64,000 nt of DNA, from the NCBI GenBank assembly GCA_964016885.1, contig OZ024745.1, positions 16,616,001 through 16,680,000 on the forward strand, read 5' to 3'. Made by a program: the position numbers and the translations under genes. Numbering within the stretch: position 1 is the first letter of the stretch; each line of letters starts with the position of its first letter. The DNA comes from Eledone cirrhosa (taxonomy: Eukaryota). Below the pieces are notes generated by a model. That model searched no databases and was not told where the DNA came from. It was given only the letters and a program-made list of their open reading frames with translations. This document shows positions 37,237 through 53,232 of the stretch, in pieces.

Positions 37237-39310
37237 TATTATTAATTTACTTTACAAAATGTAACGTTCTTCGTTAGGTATGCTCGTCAGGTTTTACTGT
37301 TTTAATTCTAAGAAATAAATAGCCGGTTTCTAAACAAGAAACAAGGATATTTCAGAATGCCGAGATGTTTCTTGAAAGCACCTATATCCACATTATGTAG
37401 ATCTCTAATGTTTTGTCAGCTTGTAAATGGGTGGGGCTCCTTTGATTATCGAGCTGTTGCAGTATCTGCTGCTTAGTCTAGATATTTTAGGATGAGACAT
37501 CTGGCACTAAAGAATGATGTACTGTTCGATGGCTGGTTCGGCTCTCAATGCCAAAATGTTTTTCAGTTTCTTCCTCTTCTGAATGTCTTTCTATTTCATC
37601 TTTTATTTCTTATTCTATCTTCTTTTGAAGGACTAGTATATGGAATGTAAAGTCTCTTTTCCTATTATACAAAGCGTTAAGCTAGTATAGTTTGATATTT
37701 GATAGTTTAATGACTAATATATAATATGATTTACTTATACTTGCTTTGGTGTTGACCCAAGATATTTTGAGTGGTCTCCAGTCTGTGTCTTCTCAATATT
37801 GTGAACTGCAGTCGACCATGCAATGTAATCAATGTCGTATGGCGCTAATATTATTTTTCAGTGAAGATATCAACGGCAGGGAGACTGTAAATACGACGAT
37901 AATTTAATAGCTGAAGATCAAATTTCTATCCGCCTTGCTGAAACCGCGACAAAATCAGTTTAAGTTCCTTTTGATTAAGAATGGTTGAAATTCGACGATG
38001 AATTCCGGAGTCTGGCACACAATCCAACAAGCAAACATAGATAATACATCGAAGGAAAAATTATTAAAATTTGTCCATCATGCGTGTTTCCGTCACTGTC
38101 ACTGGTTATAACTGGCAGCTCTATACAATGGTGCGAGCAAGCAGTCGATATATGTGGCATGGTATGACCAAAAGTATCTTTGAAATAGACCACAGTTAGC
38201 TTTGAAGATAATAGAAGCCAGTTTGCACACGATTAATGGTAACATTTATTTCATGTTTACATAGGCTTTGAAAATGGAGTTGAGAATATTGTATTGATCT
38301 CTTTCGACCGGAATATCGCCATCGAGTATGACGTAACTTGTAATATACAGTGTGTAACCTATGATATAAAGGATATATAAATGCAATTGATGTATGTATT
38401 GGTCAGATTGTTTATTAATGAATAATCACTATAAAAAGATAACCAAATATTGTAAAATAAATTCATCATTGAATCATCGATACCTTTCAATGAATATATA
38501 TTTACACATTTGAATACTCTAATTATTATCAATATATACTCTAATTCATTATCAAGCCAAATTGAAAGTGAAAGAAAAATCTACTTGAAAGGAGAAACTA
38601 TTTAATAAAACAGACTAACATACTTGTAAGGTAGAGTTTAGCTCAAGGGTGGGTAATATTTTTATATTTGAATTATGTGTAGTCTAATAGACTTACATGA
38701 AAAAAAGCGATTAAATGTACTGAAAAAATATAATTTAATTTGAGAAAGTTAATTATAACATTAAAACGAATATAATACTATGTAATACTATGAAATTCTG
38801 TCTTTATCATGATGTCCATACGTACCTGTTTCAAAGCATCAAGATTACCCAGAGGTATTGTAGCTCGTGAAATTAACTACTATATACTACTCATGCTTAC
38901 TACAATATATGTCATTGAAGGCTTTGTTCAGATTCAGATTCTGAAAATCTAAACTAGATGACTGATAATCTTCAAAACGCCACTACAATGCCACAGAAAA
39001 ATGCAATTATGACCGTTTTGTTTCGAACTGTTTCAGCTCCACATTTGAAAAGAGAGTATTAGCCCTGAAATATCATGTTGAAATATATCAGGCAAAGTAT
39101 TTCTTTGTTCTGTTTTGGTTGTCATCATTTGCTGTTTATATTTCTCTGCTGCATTGTACCGGCGTTTTGAAAATGAACTGTGTTTTATTATCTCTCAATG
39201 CTTCGTATTAACTGCACTACTAAATTAAATGCTTTCAAGAATGTAGTTCGGATTTCCAACGACTCTCACCCTGCATATTTCCTAAATCTCGAAATATCAA
39301 TACGATGTAG

Positions 39311-39495
39311 GTAGATTGGCAGTATCGGTAGAGGGTCTGACGCCATGCTTTGCAGCAAAGAGTTACGGCCCTGTATGGTTTGAGTTCAAATCCCGCCGAG
39401 GTCAACTTTGCCTTTCATCCTTACGGAGTCGATAAAATACTGTACCAGCAATGTACTGGGATAATTGCTGGCCATGTGCCAAAAGTAGAAACAAT
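39311..39495 (+). mobile_element. tRNA-derived SINE (main family)
   Basis: A and B boxes and full body. Confidence 0.92.
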
Positions 39496-39984
39496 AATTA
39501 TACTGAATAGTACACAGGTAAGCAGATATGTATTCGCATTATCATTGAGTGGAATGCAGCAATTAGATAATTCCACAATATTGTAAAAGGAATAACATAC
39601 AACTATGAAAGGTACTATTTGTAACATGGGATATTTATAAGGTACGAAGTTTCAAAGATGTACCAGACCTAAAAATGAAGTCAAAAACATTTATGTTGTG
39701 TAGCAGTAAATAGGAACAAAGACCTTGACATATTGTTTCAAATTTCTCTCTATAAATAAGAAAAGAATAATTGTAATTCCCCTTTCTTGATACACATTAA
39801 TACATAGATAAATCTTCTTTACCATGAAAAATATGTAAGTATATTTTGAAGAATGTGCCTTTGTTATCTGCCTCATAGCTTCATGCTTCCAACTTCAAAT
39901 CATTTCGTAATTATTAGGCTGTTGAATTCATATATTGAAGTCATTCACTGATATTGATGTTATTTCTTAAATAAAAGTATGTTC

Positions 39985-40193
39985 TAAGCCGGAGACAACA
40001 GGCTGGTGCTTATCCCCGTCTCCTTTCCGTTAAGTGATTGAGAGTATAAAACTCTCGCTGAGAGATCACCAGTTTACCGCATGTTTAACTCCCCAGCTAC
40101 TTCTGGTACTCAATCATCTCAGCTGAGTGTACTGGAATAACGTAAAATAACGCAGGAATCAGATATACTAATCACTATGCCATGCGCATTCAC
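39985..40193 (-). mobile_element. Decayed SINE of a second family
   Basis: Minus strand starts GTGAATGCGCATGGCATAGTGATTAG (A-box-like), contains CCAGTACACTCAGCTG..TGAGTACC and ends ..GGGGATAAGCACC; organisation similar to 52150-52410. Confidence 0.55.
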
Positions 40194-41563
40194 ATATTTC
40201 TCAAATGATGAGCAATAATTTTCCAAGAAGTGTAAATAATTTCGAACTGGCACCTTTCAATAATTCAATTAGAGAAGAGGCGAAAGCAAATAAGAAATTG
40301 ATTATTAACTAAAATTTAATTGGCAAATTGTTGTTTAATCAATTGGATAGCTTCAAAGGTTTTAATGTTTGTTTTCTTTAATGTGATCGATGTACAAGGA
40401 AAGTGTCGTACAAAGATATATAACGCTAGATGTTTACAATAAAGATATGTACAACAATTGTGAATAGAATAGATGTGTTTATAAGAATGATGTATAGAAG
40501 AGTGAAGTGTAAGCTACTGAGATGTGTATCAATGATAGTTTCAACAATTATGTATACAACAAATATTTGTATAACAAAGATATGAAATGTCGGGATATAC
40601 AATATAGTACAGCATTATATACTATACAGTACAGCATTTACGTATGCAACAGTCCCTTATAATATATATGTGTACAGCAATGATATCAATATCAGTACAA
40701 CCATAATATTTACAATGATAATTATTGCAGTAATTCTGTAATTTAGATCTGTTCAGAACTGTGGAAGACTACTACAATATAACGTTAAGCTTCTCCGAGA
40801 GGAACAATATTAATTTTGGAACAATATTAATTTTGATCAAATGATTCTATATTTGTTTATATGATTATCATTTCCATTCCATATACATTTGGATAATACA
40901 TGAGGATGGAGTCCTTCTCAGTGTGTGAGTCTATATATACACAGCGAGATTATTTCTTCGGTAGCCTGGACACATATAACAAAGTAGATATTAGGACTTC
41001 TTTCTATATTAAAGATTCCAGAATATAGGGTTTTGCTGTCCCATTGGAGCATACAAATCTTCTGCAATCGTATAGAATTTGAAAAAGAAATCTGAATAGG
41101 GGAAATGTTGCAATCACAATTGTCGCTATACATTGCGGCATTTTCAAAGCATCTGGCTTCTGGACGTGATTTTCTTTAAAATCGATTTGTCATATCCCGA
41201 AAAATGATGCCATATAGGTATCAACTTCATCAACAGGAGATATTTCCTATACTTACACATACATTAAATATGAGATACACATACATTAGATATGAGATAA
41301 ATAATATCCCGTGTTTTCCCATATGGTGATAAATATCTGAAAATATGACATTATTGTTAAAGGATGTTCACAATAACCAAACATCATGATGTATATTTAA
41401 ACATTCATATTTTGATATCTGTTCCAATATTGTTTATTATAATTTCTTTTATTATTGCAATTTATTGTTTGGAACAATCGGGTGTCTGAAACTATGTGTG
41501 ATGCTTTAAGAAGTTTTTAAACTGTCATGATACAAAATAATATAACATAAATGAACATTATTA

Positions 41564-41737
41564 GGGTGAATTGGCAGTATCAGTAGAGGGTTGGACGCCA
41601 TGCTTTCTAGCATAGTTACGTCCCTTTACGGTCTGAGTTCAAATCCTGTCGAGGTTAACTTGGCCTTTCATCCTTACGGGGTCGATATATAAAGTACCAG
41701 TAATGTACTGTGTGATTGCTGGCCTTGTGCCAAAAGT
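41564..41737 (+). mobile_element. tRNA-derived SINE (main family)
   Basis: A and B boxes and full body. Confidence 0.9.
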
Positions 41738-41916
41738 ATTTATGTTTGTACAAAGTTATTATGTTTGTACAATGTCCTTTCCTGCGAAAAATCAAACAGA
41801 CAACGAATATATTAACAAACCCAACAAACAAACATTCTTCCTTTTCTAATTAGAGAAATAGATCAGTTGATTTTACGGCAGTTTATTCAAGAAAGCGTCC
41901 ATGTGATCTTTCAGAG

Positions 41917-42090
41917 GGTGGTGGATTGGAAGTATCAGTAGAGCGTCGGGAAATATAATTGCGGCATAGAGTTACGGTCCTTTACGTTCTGAGTTTAAAT
42001 CGCATCGAGGTTAGCTTTGTCTTTCATCAATTTAATCGACTTTCCCCTCCCTCTAAATTGCTGGCCTTGTATCTAAATCGGAAACCATTA
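41917..42090 (+). mobile_element. Decayed tRNA-SINE
   Basis: GGTGGATTGGAAGTATCAGTAGAGCGTCGG head, GAGTTTAAATC B box, GCTGGCCTTGT 3' end. Confidence 0.75.
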
Positions 42091-42183
42091 CTAGCAGCTA
42101 GGAATTATCAGACGGCAGAATTTTTCTCCATATTCCATTACACGATAATGGCAATTCCTTCCCACTATATTCATATCATCTAG

Positions 42184-42364
42184 GATTGGCAGTATCGGTT
42201 GAGGGTCGGACACCATGCTTTGACGCATAGTGTTACGGCCCTTGCCATTCTGAGTTCAAATCCCGCCGAGGTTAACTTTGCCTTTCATCCTTACGGGGTC
42301 GATAAAATATAGTACCAGTAATGCACTGGGATAATTGCTGGCCTTGTGCCAATAGTAGAAACAA
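42184..42364 (+). mobile_element. tRNA-derived SINE (main family)
   Basis: A and B boxes and full body. Confidence 0.92.
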
Positions 42365-42711
42365 ATATCTAATAAATATTTTAAAATAGTATTCTGGTTG
42401 TTGATCAATTCAGTGTCGAGCAACGAATTCACTTTCATTTGATCGATCTTACGACGTTTGTTACAAGTATTCAGTTGTTCGATCAACTATACGTTCGATT
42501 GGGGAATTAACACCTAAGGGATTGAGTATCCTCTACCAATAGACATATGTGTCCTTATCGAAATCCTCAAGTAATATAGGTGTGATATAACATGTAACAA
42601 TCCATGTGTCAAAATAATTTTATTCACAAGTCTCGGATCAACCAAAAGCATTATATACCAGGCAGTTCGATGAAATGCAGAGATAGTTATTGCAAAGCGA
42701 ATATTTAAAAC

Positions 42712-42713
<2 letters not shown>

Positions 42714-42757
<44 letters not shown>

Positions 42758-42782
42758 GTCGTCGTCGTCGTCGTCGTCGTCG

Positions 42783-42823
<41 letters not shown>

Positions 42824-43032
42824 TTCTTCTTCTTCTTCTTGAGAGGATCATGGGGGCAAAGTCCTCAAACACTCAGTCCATTGGGTCCCGTCAGAAGTAA
42901 CTATATCCGACTGATCCGGTTAGATCCCCAAACAAGACCAGCCGATCTCATTGATGTTATCCAACCATCTTGCATAGGGTCTAGCCATGGTTGTCCTGCC
43001 GGTTGGTTTTTCCCGTAAAATCTGTCCAGTGA
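42714..43032 (-). mobile_element. RTE-like 3' tail element with compound (GAA)(GAT)(GAC)(GAT) tail
   Basis: GATGTTATCCAACCATCTTGC and TGCCGGTTGGTTTTTCC.GTAAAATCTGTCCAGTGA shared with 4880-4953. Confidence 0.78.
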
Positions 43033-43876
43033 TTCTTTCTTGAGACATTCTAACCACATGTCAAGAGAAGGATGATGCATTTAAGTGCTGTAAGCATTAT
43101 TGTTCATAGAAACAAAGAAACATATAATGTCTCGACCTATCTAATTTCGGCTGAAAACGTGTCTGTATAACTGTTATATTTTGCTAATATAATGGTAGGA
43201 ACGTAAAACCATAGTGACCCTAACATCAAGGCGGTGTGTGTTTTATTAGTCAAACAATCATTTAGGATTTGTGCATTCTTTCTTTATATGCATCGATTAA
43301 GTTCATTGAAATTACATTTAGATATTTGAAGGCGGTAATCATATATTGTTCGCTGGATCCAAGATCAGACATGAATAAATATGATTTTTATTTCGAATAT
43401 GTATGTGTGTACAACTGCTGCCATAACGGTAGTATATTTCCCTATATGTCTGCTGCAATAATAGCTTTCATTTAATTATTGAGATTGATTATTAAAAATG
43501 TTCACATCAAACTGACAGCAAGTCCTTTGATCTGACGCCTATGGAATTTCCTATTATTTCCTACTACTTGGAGCTCCATTAAAATCTGGCAATCTTTAGA
43601 AACGTTATATAGTTCCAACAGCTGTTGAAGACAAGTATTTATGAAGATATATTTGACAGATATAAGATTAAAAGTTGTATAATGTTTTGATTCGGTATGA
43701 TTGTATGCGGGATTAACTAACCTGTATTCACCAAGTTCATTTATATTTCAATACAGACATTGTTTACAAATAAGAAATTACCTAAAAATTTAAATGGAGA
43801 TCTTTAAATGTATTCACCATTAAATCTTAGGAGAGTATCACTAGTAAGAAACCAAGAATCACATATAGAATACAAA

Positions 43877-43928
<52 letters not shown>

Positions 43929-44250
43929 TATCCACGGTAAGTTGTGGGGGTCTAGTCTGCATGAAGAACCCAATGTAATCCATATGCTGAAAATGTAGGT
44001 TAAAATAAATCCCGGAAAACAATAAAACATTAAAAGGAAAACAGAGTCATGATATGAGTTAAAACAATGAAATATATATATATATATATATAGGAAATAT
44101 GATTTCGCTTCAAGCATAGCTTTCTACAATATGTATAAGTATTTCGTATATCCAAGGAAATACGGTTTACTCCAAATAAACTTGTTGAGCAAATTGTAAA
44201 CAAGGAGATCGAAATCACTGGATATCGATATAAAGTCTTATTATTATAAG

Positions 44251-44336
<86 letters not shown>

Positions 44337-44390
44337 CACACACACACACACACACACGCATATATATGTATATATATATGTGAGTGTGTG
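44251..44390. repeat. (TA)n(CA)n microsatellite
   Basis: Direct observation. Confidence 0.95.
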
Positions 44391-46825
44391 TTATTTGTTG
44401 GTAACTATGATTATAAACTAATAGCAATTGTTTGACCGTATCATCATTTAGTGTGCAACAGTAGCAGTAAGATAAACATTGACATTTATTTAGATTTATT
44501 TGCACGTCGTTTAAAGGTTTTCGTGGTAGTAGGATATCACTTAAATATTACTTCCAGGTATTCAAACACAAACGAATGTATTCAAAGAAATTGCATCATT
44601 TTTATATAAAATAAATAACAGTAAAGAATGATAAATGACTTATCTCAGAAGACTTGAGTCATCCTGCCACTTTATCCATTTGGATGATATTGAGATATAT
44701 GAGAAAATGCCTCAATTGAAAACGTATCCGATATTCATTCACATCCCTAAGGTTATAGATTGGTGGCATCGTAAAGGTTTTAGGGTTTTCATTTGTCATT
44801 TTCGAATTGCAAATGTCTACAAGACTTTTGTTGCATTTATTGTTATTACTGCTATATTGTGTAAATGTTCGTTGATGTACTGCTTATAGTTTTCATATGG
44901 CAAAGTCTTGTGTTAATTTTCTTACATGGCATGACTACACTGGATATTTCATGTTGTTTATCAACTACCAAATAAACTAACCCCTTGACACGAAATAGTT
45001 CCTTATATAGACCAATTTCTTTTCATTCACTTCATATATACACACAGGTTCTCATTCGTCTCATAATTTAGTCGCATGTTTTTTCTTCTATTTGCGATCT
45101 TTTACAACTGAATATATATATATGTATATATATATTCAGCTAAAATACTCGGCTAAAATACTGACGGTAGCAAGTAATCTCTTAAACAGGAGTCACCAGC
45201 GCACTGCTTCATGTAGATTTAAATGGTTGAACTGTTATTCAATTCATTCTTTGGGGATAACGTTACTCGATATAGTGCGTGGCTCGAGGATCAAGTTGTC
45301 ACTCCAAATAGAGGGGTCACTTCTCCGAATTGTGCGAAAACACTCCGATATGTGGTTAGAATGTCTCAGAAAAGAATCGCTGGAAACGCGGGTTTACAAC
45401 TCGAGCAATATGGTTATATATATCATGTTTATATTTTTCATTAGTATAATTATCTTTGGTAGTAGTATTACTCTATTACGAATTAAAACTGTATACCCCA
45501 GTGTATAAGTACAGAGATCCTATAAGGATTACATTTGTAATTCTCGAAACATAATCGCTGATTAAATAGAGTAACAAATAAATGCAACACGAGAATTTAA
45601 GCAGTTTAAATAACTCGATAATTAAAACTTATTCGACAAACTGGCGGTATAGAAATTTGATATGACATAATATAAGCGAATATCTGACTCTTCTGCCATC
45701 ATATAATCGTGTGTAATCGATATTGGTTCGCCGGACAGGATACAAACATCCGACATGCCGTGTACAAAGAAATGTGAAGCGTTTTATTTCTGCTTTTAGC
45801 TATATTGGTAATATGAGGGAAATGGAAAGCTTCGTCTACTTGCAATTTACGATTTCTTCATGCTTATATTTGACTCAGTAGTGATCGTTAAATCAGTACA
45901 TATCTTATTAATTAGATTACTATCAGAAAAACTATCCAGGTCATTTCACTAAATTCACAATACAATGTCTCTTCTTAGGGTGTTTTTAAGAGTGATTCGC
46001 TCTCATGATTGAAATAAAACTTTAATGAAAGCGACATAAATGTAACCCTTCTATGTGAAGATACATTTCACGCATTATATTACCTCGCCAATGTTAATAC
46101 GTTCCTTCTAATTAATATAGACATTGTAATGAAACTACTTTTATATTCTTAAAAGTTCCTTATAGCCTCATATTTCTAGCCACACCGCCTTCATTTTCAA
46201 TGTAAAAACTTCAAGCGAAACGCAAATTCCCCATTGATCGATATTTTATCTATGATATAAAAGTATAGGTTAATAAAAGGCATTTTACATCACGGGGGAA
46301 AAATTAATCATAATATTCAGATATTTAAGAAGGCGTTTCCATTTTAATGGCATCACATAAGAATCTCATTAGTTTATGAGATTAAGGTAATTCAGCTTTC
46401 AATTAAAATGTTACAGAAATAAAGATGTTATGTCATTGTGACCTTACTCTTAACACATAATGCATTGCTGAATCTATAGCTATGTATTCGCACTGCAAAT
46501 CTACAATACACATCTTCAATAAAATTTCACACAAACCTATTCACGTACACACAGACTAGCAATGATAAACCCGCATACAGATACACAAATACACAATTGT
46601 GTATTCCATTATATTTATCAAACCATCTTTCTGTCACGAAAACAATAGCGAAAAAGAATGTTAAATAATGTCAGCAAGTAGGTTTTTAACTACCCGTTAT
46701 TCAATATATGCGTGTACACTTATATAATTGCGCGGATATTAATGCCTATCTCATGCGAAGATGTAAATGATTAGATGCATATATTTGCGTATTTTTGCGT
46801 ATAGAGTTATTCGAGTGGCAAAATA

Positions 46826-47055
<230 letters not shown>

Positions 47056-47154
47056 ATTTGCTGATGAATGCTCATCCATCTTTCATATACCTTTGCTAAA
47101 CTTGTTTTCAGAAATAACAAAAGTTATTTCTTATTGAATTATTTTAGGAAAAAA

Positions 47155-47315
47155 GGCTGCATGACTAAACCGTAAAGAAGTTTATTTTGCAGCCTTGTGT
47201 TTTCAGGTTCGATCCTATTCCGTGACATATTGGGTAAGTGCTATTTATAAAAACTTTGGGTCGGGTCAAGACTCGAAAATGAAATTGAGTAAATGGCAAC
47301 TGTTTAGAATCCCTA
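47155..47315 (+). mobile_element. Decayed tRNA-derived SINE of a third family (CORE-like)
   Basis: GGTTCGATCC B box followed by TTGGGTAAGTG (CORE-like CCTTGGGCAAGT); weaker relative at about 28066-28180. Confidence 0.55.
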
Positions 47316-47897
47316 TAGGTGGAATGTATCAGAGAGTCAACTTCGTCAAACAATGTTACATTGAATCACTCTGGAGAGTTTCATTAATTGCACACATTTC
47401 TGTAGAAAGTTGAATAACTTACTCATTAACATTCCTAGCTTTTTCATTAATTGAGTAACTTGATCAGTCATCGTCAAAACCTACTGAGGATCATTAGAAC
47501 AAAAACGAATTATTTCATGTTTTTTTAGTCGACATATGACTAGTAAATTGTTTTCAAATTGTAGCTTTTGTAACCTTTCAGCCATAGCATTTTATGAAAG
47601 CAATGAAAAAACACTGTATAGAGTCTCTCATACATGAATTGTAAAAATAATTCTAGCTTTATAATAGACGTTTTAAAATATATCTCTTTGATCCCAATAA
47701 TGTTCACGTTGAAAGCTGCCACCAGCTAACAAAGAGATTTGATATTTCTAATCAGTAATTGCCAATAGCTGTAATTTAAATGATAACTTAACTTTAGTCA
47801 CTAGACAGCTTCAAGTGTTTGAATTGTTAAAGCGTTTTAAGATGATTAAATATATCTTTGCATTTCGTAAAAAAAAAATACATTTGACATAACTTAA

Positions 47898-48112
47898 ACA
47901 ATTGTTTCTACATTTGGTACAAGGCCAGTAATTTGAAGGGTAGAGGAATATCGATTAAATCTATCCCTGTGCGTACTGGTACTTTATTTTATCGAATCCG
48001 TAATGATGATAGGCAAAGCTAATCTCAGTGGGATTTGAACTCAGAACGTAAAGGGTCGTAACAATATGCTGAAAATATGCTGTTCGATGGTCTACCGATA
48101 TTAACAATCCAG
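47898..48112 (-). mobile_element. tRNA-derived SINE, older subfamily
   Basis: ACAAGGCCAG, ACTGGTACTTTATTTTATCGA, GGGATTTGAACTCAGAAC, TCTACCGAT. Confidence 0.85.
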
Positions 48113-49301
48113 TGTCCTAACCTCCTTAACTTATATGATAACATACTTAGTACTGTTTCCAAGTAACCGATATTGATTGAGATAATTCATATTAATTATT
48201 TCCGAAGCAGTGTAAGAAGTCTCTACGAAAATACGATATAATTATACAGCAATTATGCATAAATCCTTAAATGTATAGAGAATATTTTCTGCATGGCAAG
48301 AAGAAGTGTTAAGTCTCAATGTCTCAATGTCTTTGTGTGGAAATAGGCGGATTAACGAGCCGAGACATGCTATCTTGTGCAACGTTTTCCGTTCTGAGTT
48401 TTGGGGTTAAAAATGAATGCGAATTCGTTAATATATACAATACCATCCAAACAACCATTCTGAAACAGGTCTCTGGTGTTTAGATAACACCTTCCATTCC
48501 TCGAAGCAGTTATTGAGGAAGTACAGGCTCATGGATGCTACATTTGTTCCCTGGATAAGCAATAACTTAAAAGTTTCAAATTCAGATGCAACCATCCTTA
48601 GTTATTTTTATTGTTTTATAATCTCAGATTTACTACAGTGAATTGCATTGAAATCCTTTGAATGATTCATTCATGAAATTATGTAAATGACCATTAGTAA
48701 GAAGTGTTGGTTGATATAGTATCCAGCATCTATTAAACTCCTCAGCTTTACTTTAGAATTCTGCGCTTGGAATCTACGAGAAAACTCCAAGTTCTGCAGA
48801 ACATTATTGAAATATACAAATCAAAGGTTCAAAGGCTCTATAGTCACTGATATATCATTTTGTTTATAGGGGGAAAATTTAAATTTCATTGGCTCACATC
48901 TCATCCTACCTTTTGATAATTCTCTAAAGTAACCGGTAAAGGTGTAGATATTTCAGTACTTGTCAGTAAGTTGGCAAGTATTAATACCATCCCAGAAATG
49001 ACAGGATGGTCATGGCTGAAATATTTTTAATAAAATGTTTAAGGTCAGACATGTTTTTGAACAACATATGTAAGCAGTTAGAGCAACAGTTATTGAATAA
49101 ACGCTTCATTTTAATACAGTACAAGCTATCATATAGATTTGGAACATGAAATAGTCAACAAGCTCATTCGTCCTTGATGAAATTACAAAGTGCTCCACCC
49201 TGTGAGGTGGATTAAATGTTCAGTATAGTTAATTACAAAAAAAGAAAAATAATAATAATAAGAAGAAGAATTTTCTTAAATATCACCGAAACCATACGTA
49301 T

Positions 49302-49320
49302 TCTCTCTCTTTCTCTCTCT

Positions 49321-49401
<81 letters not shown>

Positions 49402-49403
49402 TC
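49302..49403. repeat. (CT)n microsatellite
   Basis: Direct observation. Confidence 0.97.
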
Positions 49404-50168
49404 TAATTAAATACATCTTACATATTTAATATAGTGTCTAAATAAGCCACAGCACCCTATATAGCTTTCTGAAATGAAATGGATCCTTGTAAACTATACT
49501 TCAGTTTGTGTAATCCCATGGAGCAAGAACAAGATTTCTGAAGAAGTTAATTAAGGAAACGAATAGCGTTTGTGTAAAATTAAGATTTCTTATGCTTCCG
49601 TTTGAATCTATTTTCAAAGTACACATTAATTGATGGAATAAAACTGATGTTATAGAACATTAAGAATTCAAGTAAAGAAAAATATATATTTAATAAAAAA
49701 GCTCGTTGATTGTGATGATGGTGATGATGATGGTTGGAATGATGATAGTGGTGGTGAGGGAGAATCTGATGAAGGTCCTGTTAGAGGTGGTAAGGGTGAA
49801 GATGGTATTGAGAGGGATGTTTGTAGTCATGATGGAGGTTGTTATGGTATTGTTGGGTCGACGTTGGTGATAGTGGCGTGGTTTTTAATGATGGTGATGG
49901 TGGCCTGGCTTGGGATGCTGGAGATTATAGAGATTAAGGTGGGTGAAACGTAGTATTTATACAAAAATGTGTAAATCAAAACAGATTCTGGTTCATTGTT
50001 TCTGAAGAGGATGGCGAATTAGGTCTATTATATCGAGACTGATAATATGGAATTTCATAAACTGTTATCAATTAGTGAATATATCCATATTATTTTGGTT
50101 CACGTAAACTTTCAAAACGATCGTAGAACAATGAATGATTATTTTATGTACACAATTCCCAGTGTATC

Positions 50169-50172
<4 letters not shown>

Positions 50173-50242
<70 letters not shown>

Positions 50243-50256
50243 ACAGACAGGCAGAC

Positions 50257-50311
<55 letters not shown>

Positions 50312-50348
50312 TACACACACACACAAATATATATATATATATATATAT
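50173..50348. repeat. (CA)n(TA)n microsatellite
   Basis: Direct observation. Confidence 0.97.
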
Positions 50349-51171
50349 AAGTTGGCCCAGGATATGTCTACCTTAATAGCACCATCTAGCGAAAGCTTTT
50401 AGATTATGAGTTCACAACCTTGCTAATTTTTGGAAGCCGTAGCCCACAAAGGAAAGAGTTTTCGCTTTCAAAGACATACTCGGCTGTAAGGGGTTTATCT
50501 AGGATTTTCTGGGGAAATTCAAAATTTATCGAGGAAACGTTTAAATATTATGGGATCGGTTTCTGTCTTGATGTAATTCGCTATGATATTAAAGAGGGCG
50601 GTGCATGTGGAGGTGTAGTAGTGTTTTGAAATATGATTTTGATGTTTGTAGACAATACAGGAACGACGCCACATCATTTTGGCAATATTAGTGGGATATT
50701 TTCAACATCATATAAATGATATAGCGCTCAAGGGGTGTTGGAAAAAGGAGAGTATGAATTTTTATAGTCTGCCCCAATATCTATCGCCACCCTCAACCTT
50801 GTGGGTGTGTTGTTTTCTGTATAATATTGCGAGTTAAGGGTGTGTGTATGTTTCTATATATGTGTGTGTGGAATATGCGTTATCAAGTAGTCTATAAGAG
50901 TGGTGGGTAAAGTTAATATTGGATGAACTTGATGTAAGATGAATCATACAAATAATGTATCTCATTAGAGAACACAATGCTACATCGGAAATATATTTAA
51001 TACTTTCTTTTAGTAATTTCCTCGGGAGTCATGTGTTGCAAATGTATTTGTTTTATAACCATATTTCAGAATTTTAGTTTTTAATAATTTAACAGGATCA
51101 GCAATTTTGTACATCAGAAAAACATTTGTTTCATTTATATATTTCCTACTATGACCTCTGGCATTGTTTAT

Positions 51172-51467
<296 letters not shown>

Positions 51468-52144
51468 TATTATATAGAAATTAGATTGGTAATTTAGGTA
51501 TTCACCTACTGTTTGGTTGTCTTTAACATAAATAGTGTTTTTATTACAATCTCTTTGTATATGGAAACATACAATTTATGCTTTCTGATGACTGATTAAA
51601 TGCACCATAAGTATGTATCTGAAGTATGTGTTCGATGAAAAACACAAAATATATTTCATGTTTGTTTACGTTTCCACAGAGGAATAGAGAAACCGTTGTT
51701 ATACTTATTTTGAATTTGTCTCACATTCTTAATGTTTCATATTGTCAATTCATTCTTCATTATCGCAATAAGTGGTTTTATTTTTAACTTCATAAAGGAC
51801 AGATAACTTTTAAGTATCACAGAAAATTTGATACAACTCTATTCACTATTTAAGAAATCCTAATATAAATGTGATATTTTAAAATCTTAAATGTTATTTC
51901 TGTCAATTAATTTTGATTTTTCACAGATGTGATAAGATGTTTATGATTGTGCATGAAGCTCTTTGTGATACATTCATTGTTGTATCAAGTAATTATTTAA
52001 TATTAAACGGTTCTGTGGTAGCCTGAATAAATATCTCAGATAACCTCTTATTAATTGCAAAATAAATAATTATTTCTACTTTCAAGGTTTTCCAAAATAA
52101 ATATCAATTCCTGATATTACTTGGTATGACGAAATTCGTAGTTA

Positions 52145-52410
52145 AGGGTATGGCTGTTTGGGGCGTTGGACTGAAGATAATATTGTGGGTTTGAATTCCA
52201 GGATGGCGAAAGCGTGGTATACTTGAACAAGGCAATTTGTTTGTAGCTATAGTTCAAATAGCTGGAAATGAGTAGCTGAGGATTATCCCTACAATGGATT
52301 GGTATCTCCTCTCGGGGTTTTCTTGTATTCTCATTCAATTAATGTTCACAAAACCGGGATAATCTCCGGGACTTATATAACCCATGCACGCCTGGAAAAA
52401 CAGACGCAAA
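52145..52410 (+). mobile_element. Decayed SINE (second family)
   Basis: GGTTTGAATTCC B-box-like, CTTGAACAAGGCA, AGCTGGAAATGAGTA, AAACCGGGATAA. Confidence 0.5.
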
Positions 52411-53232
52411 ACAAATAACTCTAACACGCGAAACCACATACCAAGCTATAACAAGAATGCGCTACCCAGAATCAGAGAAGCAGCAGCTTCCTGATAAACC
52501 ATTATTTATGGTCAAAATCTGTCAATCAGAGGATCTCAAGTTTAAACAATCAGAAATCGAAACAATGTCAACAAAGTATATTAAATTATAGTGAAAATAT
52601 TAAGACCGCCGTATTTCTATTTCTGATTTGTATTCTGTGTATCATTTTACACATTGGGATTTCTCATTGTCATGCTCACCATCACCATCAGCATCAACAT
52701 CACCTACATCAACCTCATCATCATCATCATCAACATCACCTCCATCACCATCATCTTTATCATTATTATTGTAACTACCACACTCACCATTGTTATCTTA
52801 ATCATCACCATAACCACCTGAATCACCACCATCGTTATTATTACAGTAATCATAAATATCATCAGCATTAACACTTGGACTTGTGTAATCAGTATAGCTA
52901 ACTTAATTTAATAATGTATTTAGTTAAAACAACCTGTAAATAGAGACTTTGTAAACAGACAAGTTACATCGAACAACATCCGTTTCAGGGATAATATGAA
53001 AGATACAGAGATATTCACGTAAGGAATATGTGAATTAAATGTAAAACGTACAGGAAAAAAAAACAAAAAAACATTAAATTCGCTCTAGCATATCGGATAC
53101 AGAAATGGATTCGTGAGTTTTATATCGAATGATGATAATATTCGATTCGCTTGCAAGCAAACAGCCTCATTACGTATGTGTTTCAGACGATCATCGCCAT
53201 ATATAATAATAAAAATAATAATAATAATAATA

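Noticed and set aside
40380-40720. Loose ~15-bp periodicity (GATRTGTACAACAA-like)
   Set aside because: Looks like an old decayed minisatellite; unit too degenerate to define or interpret.
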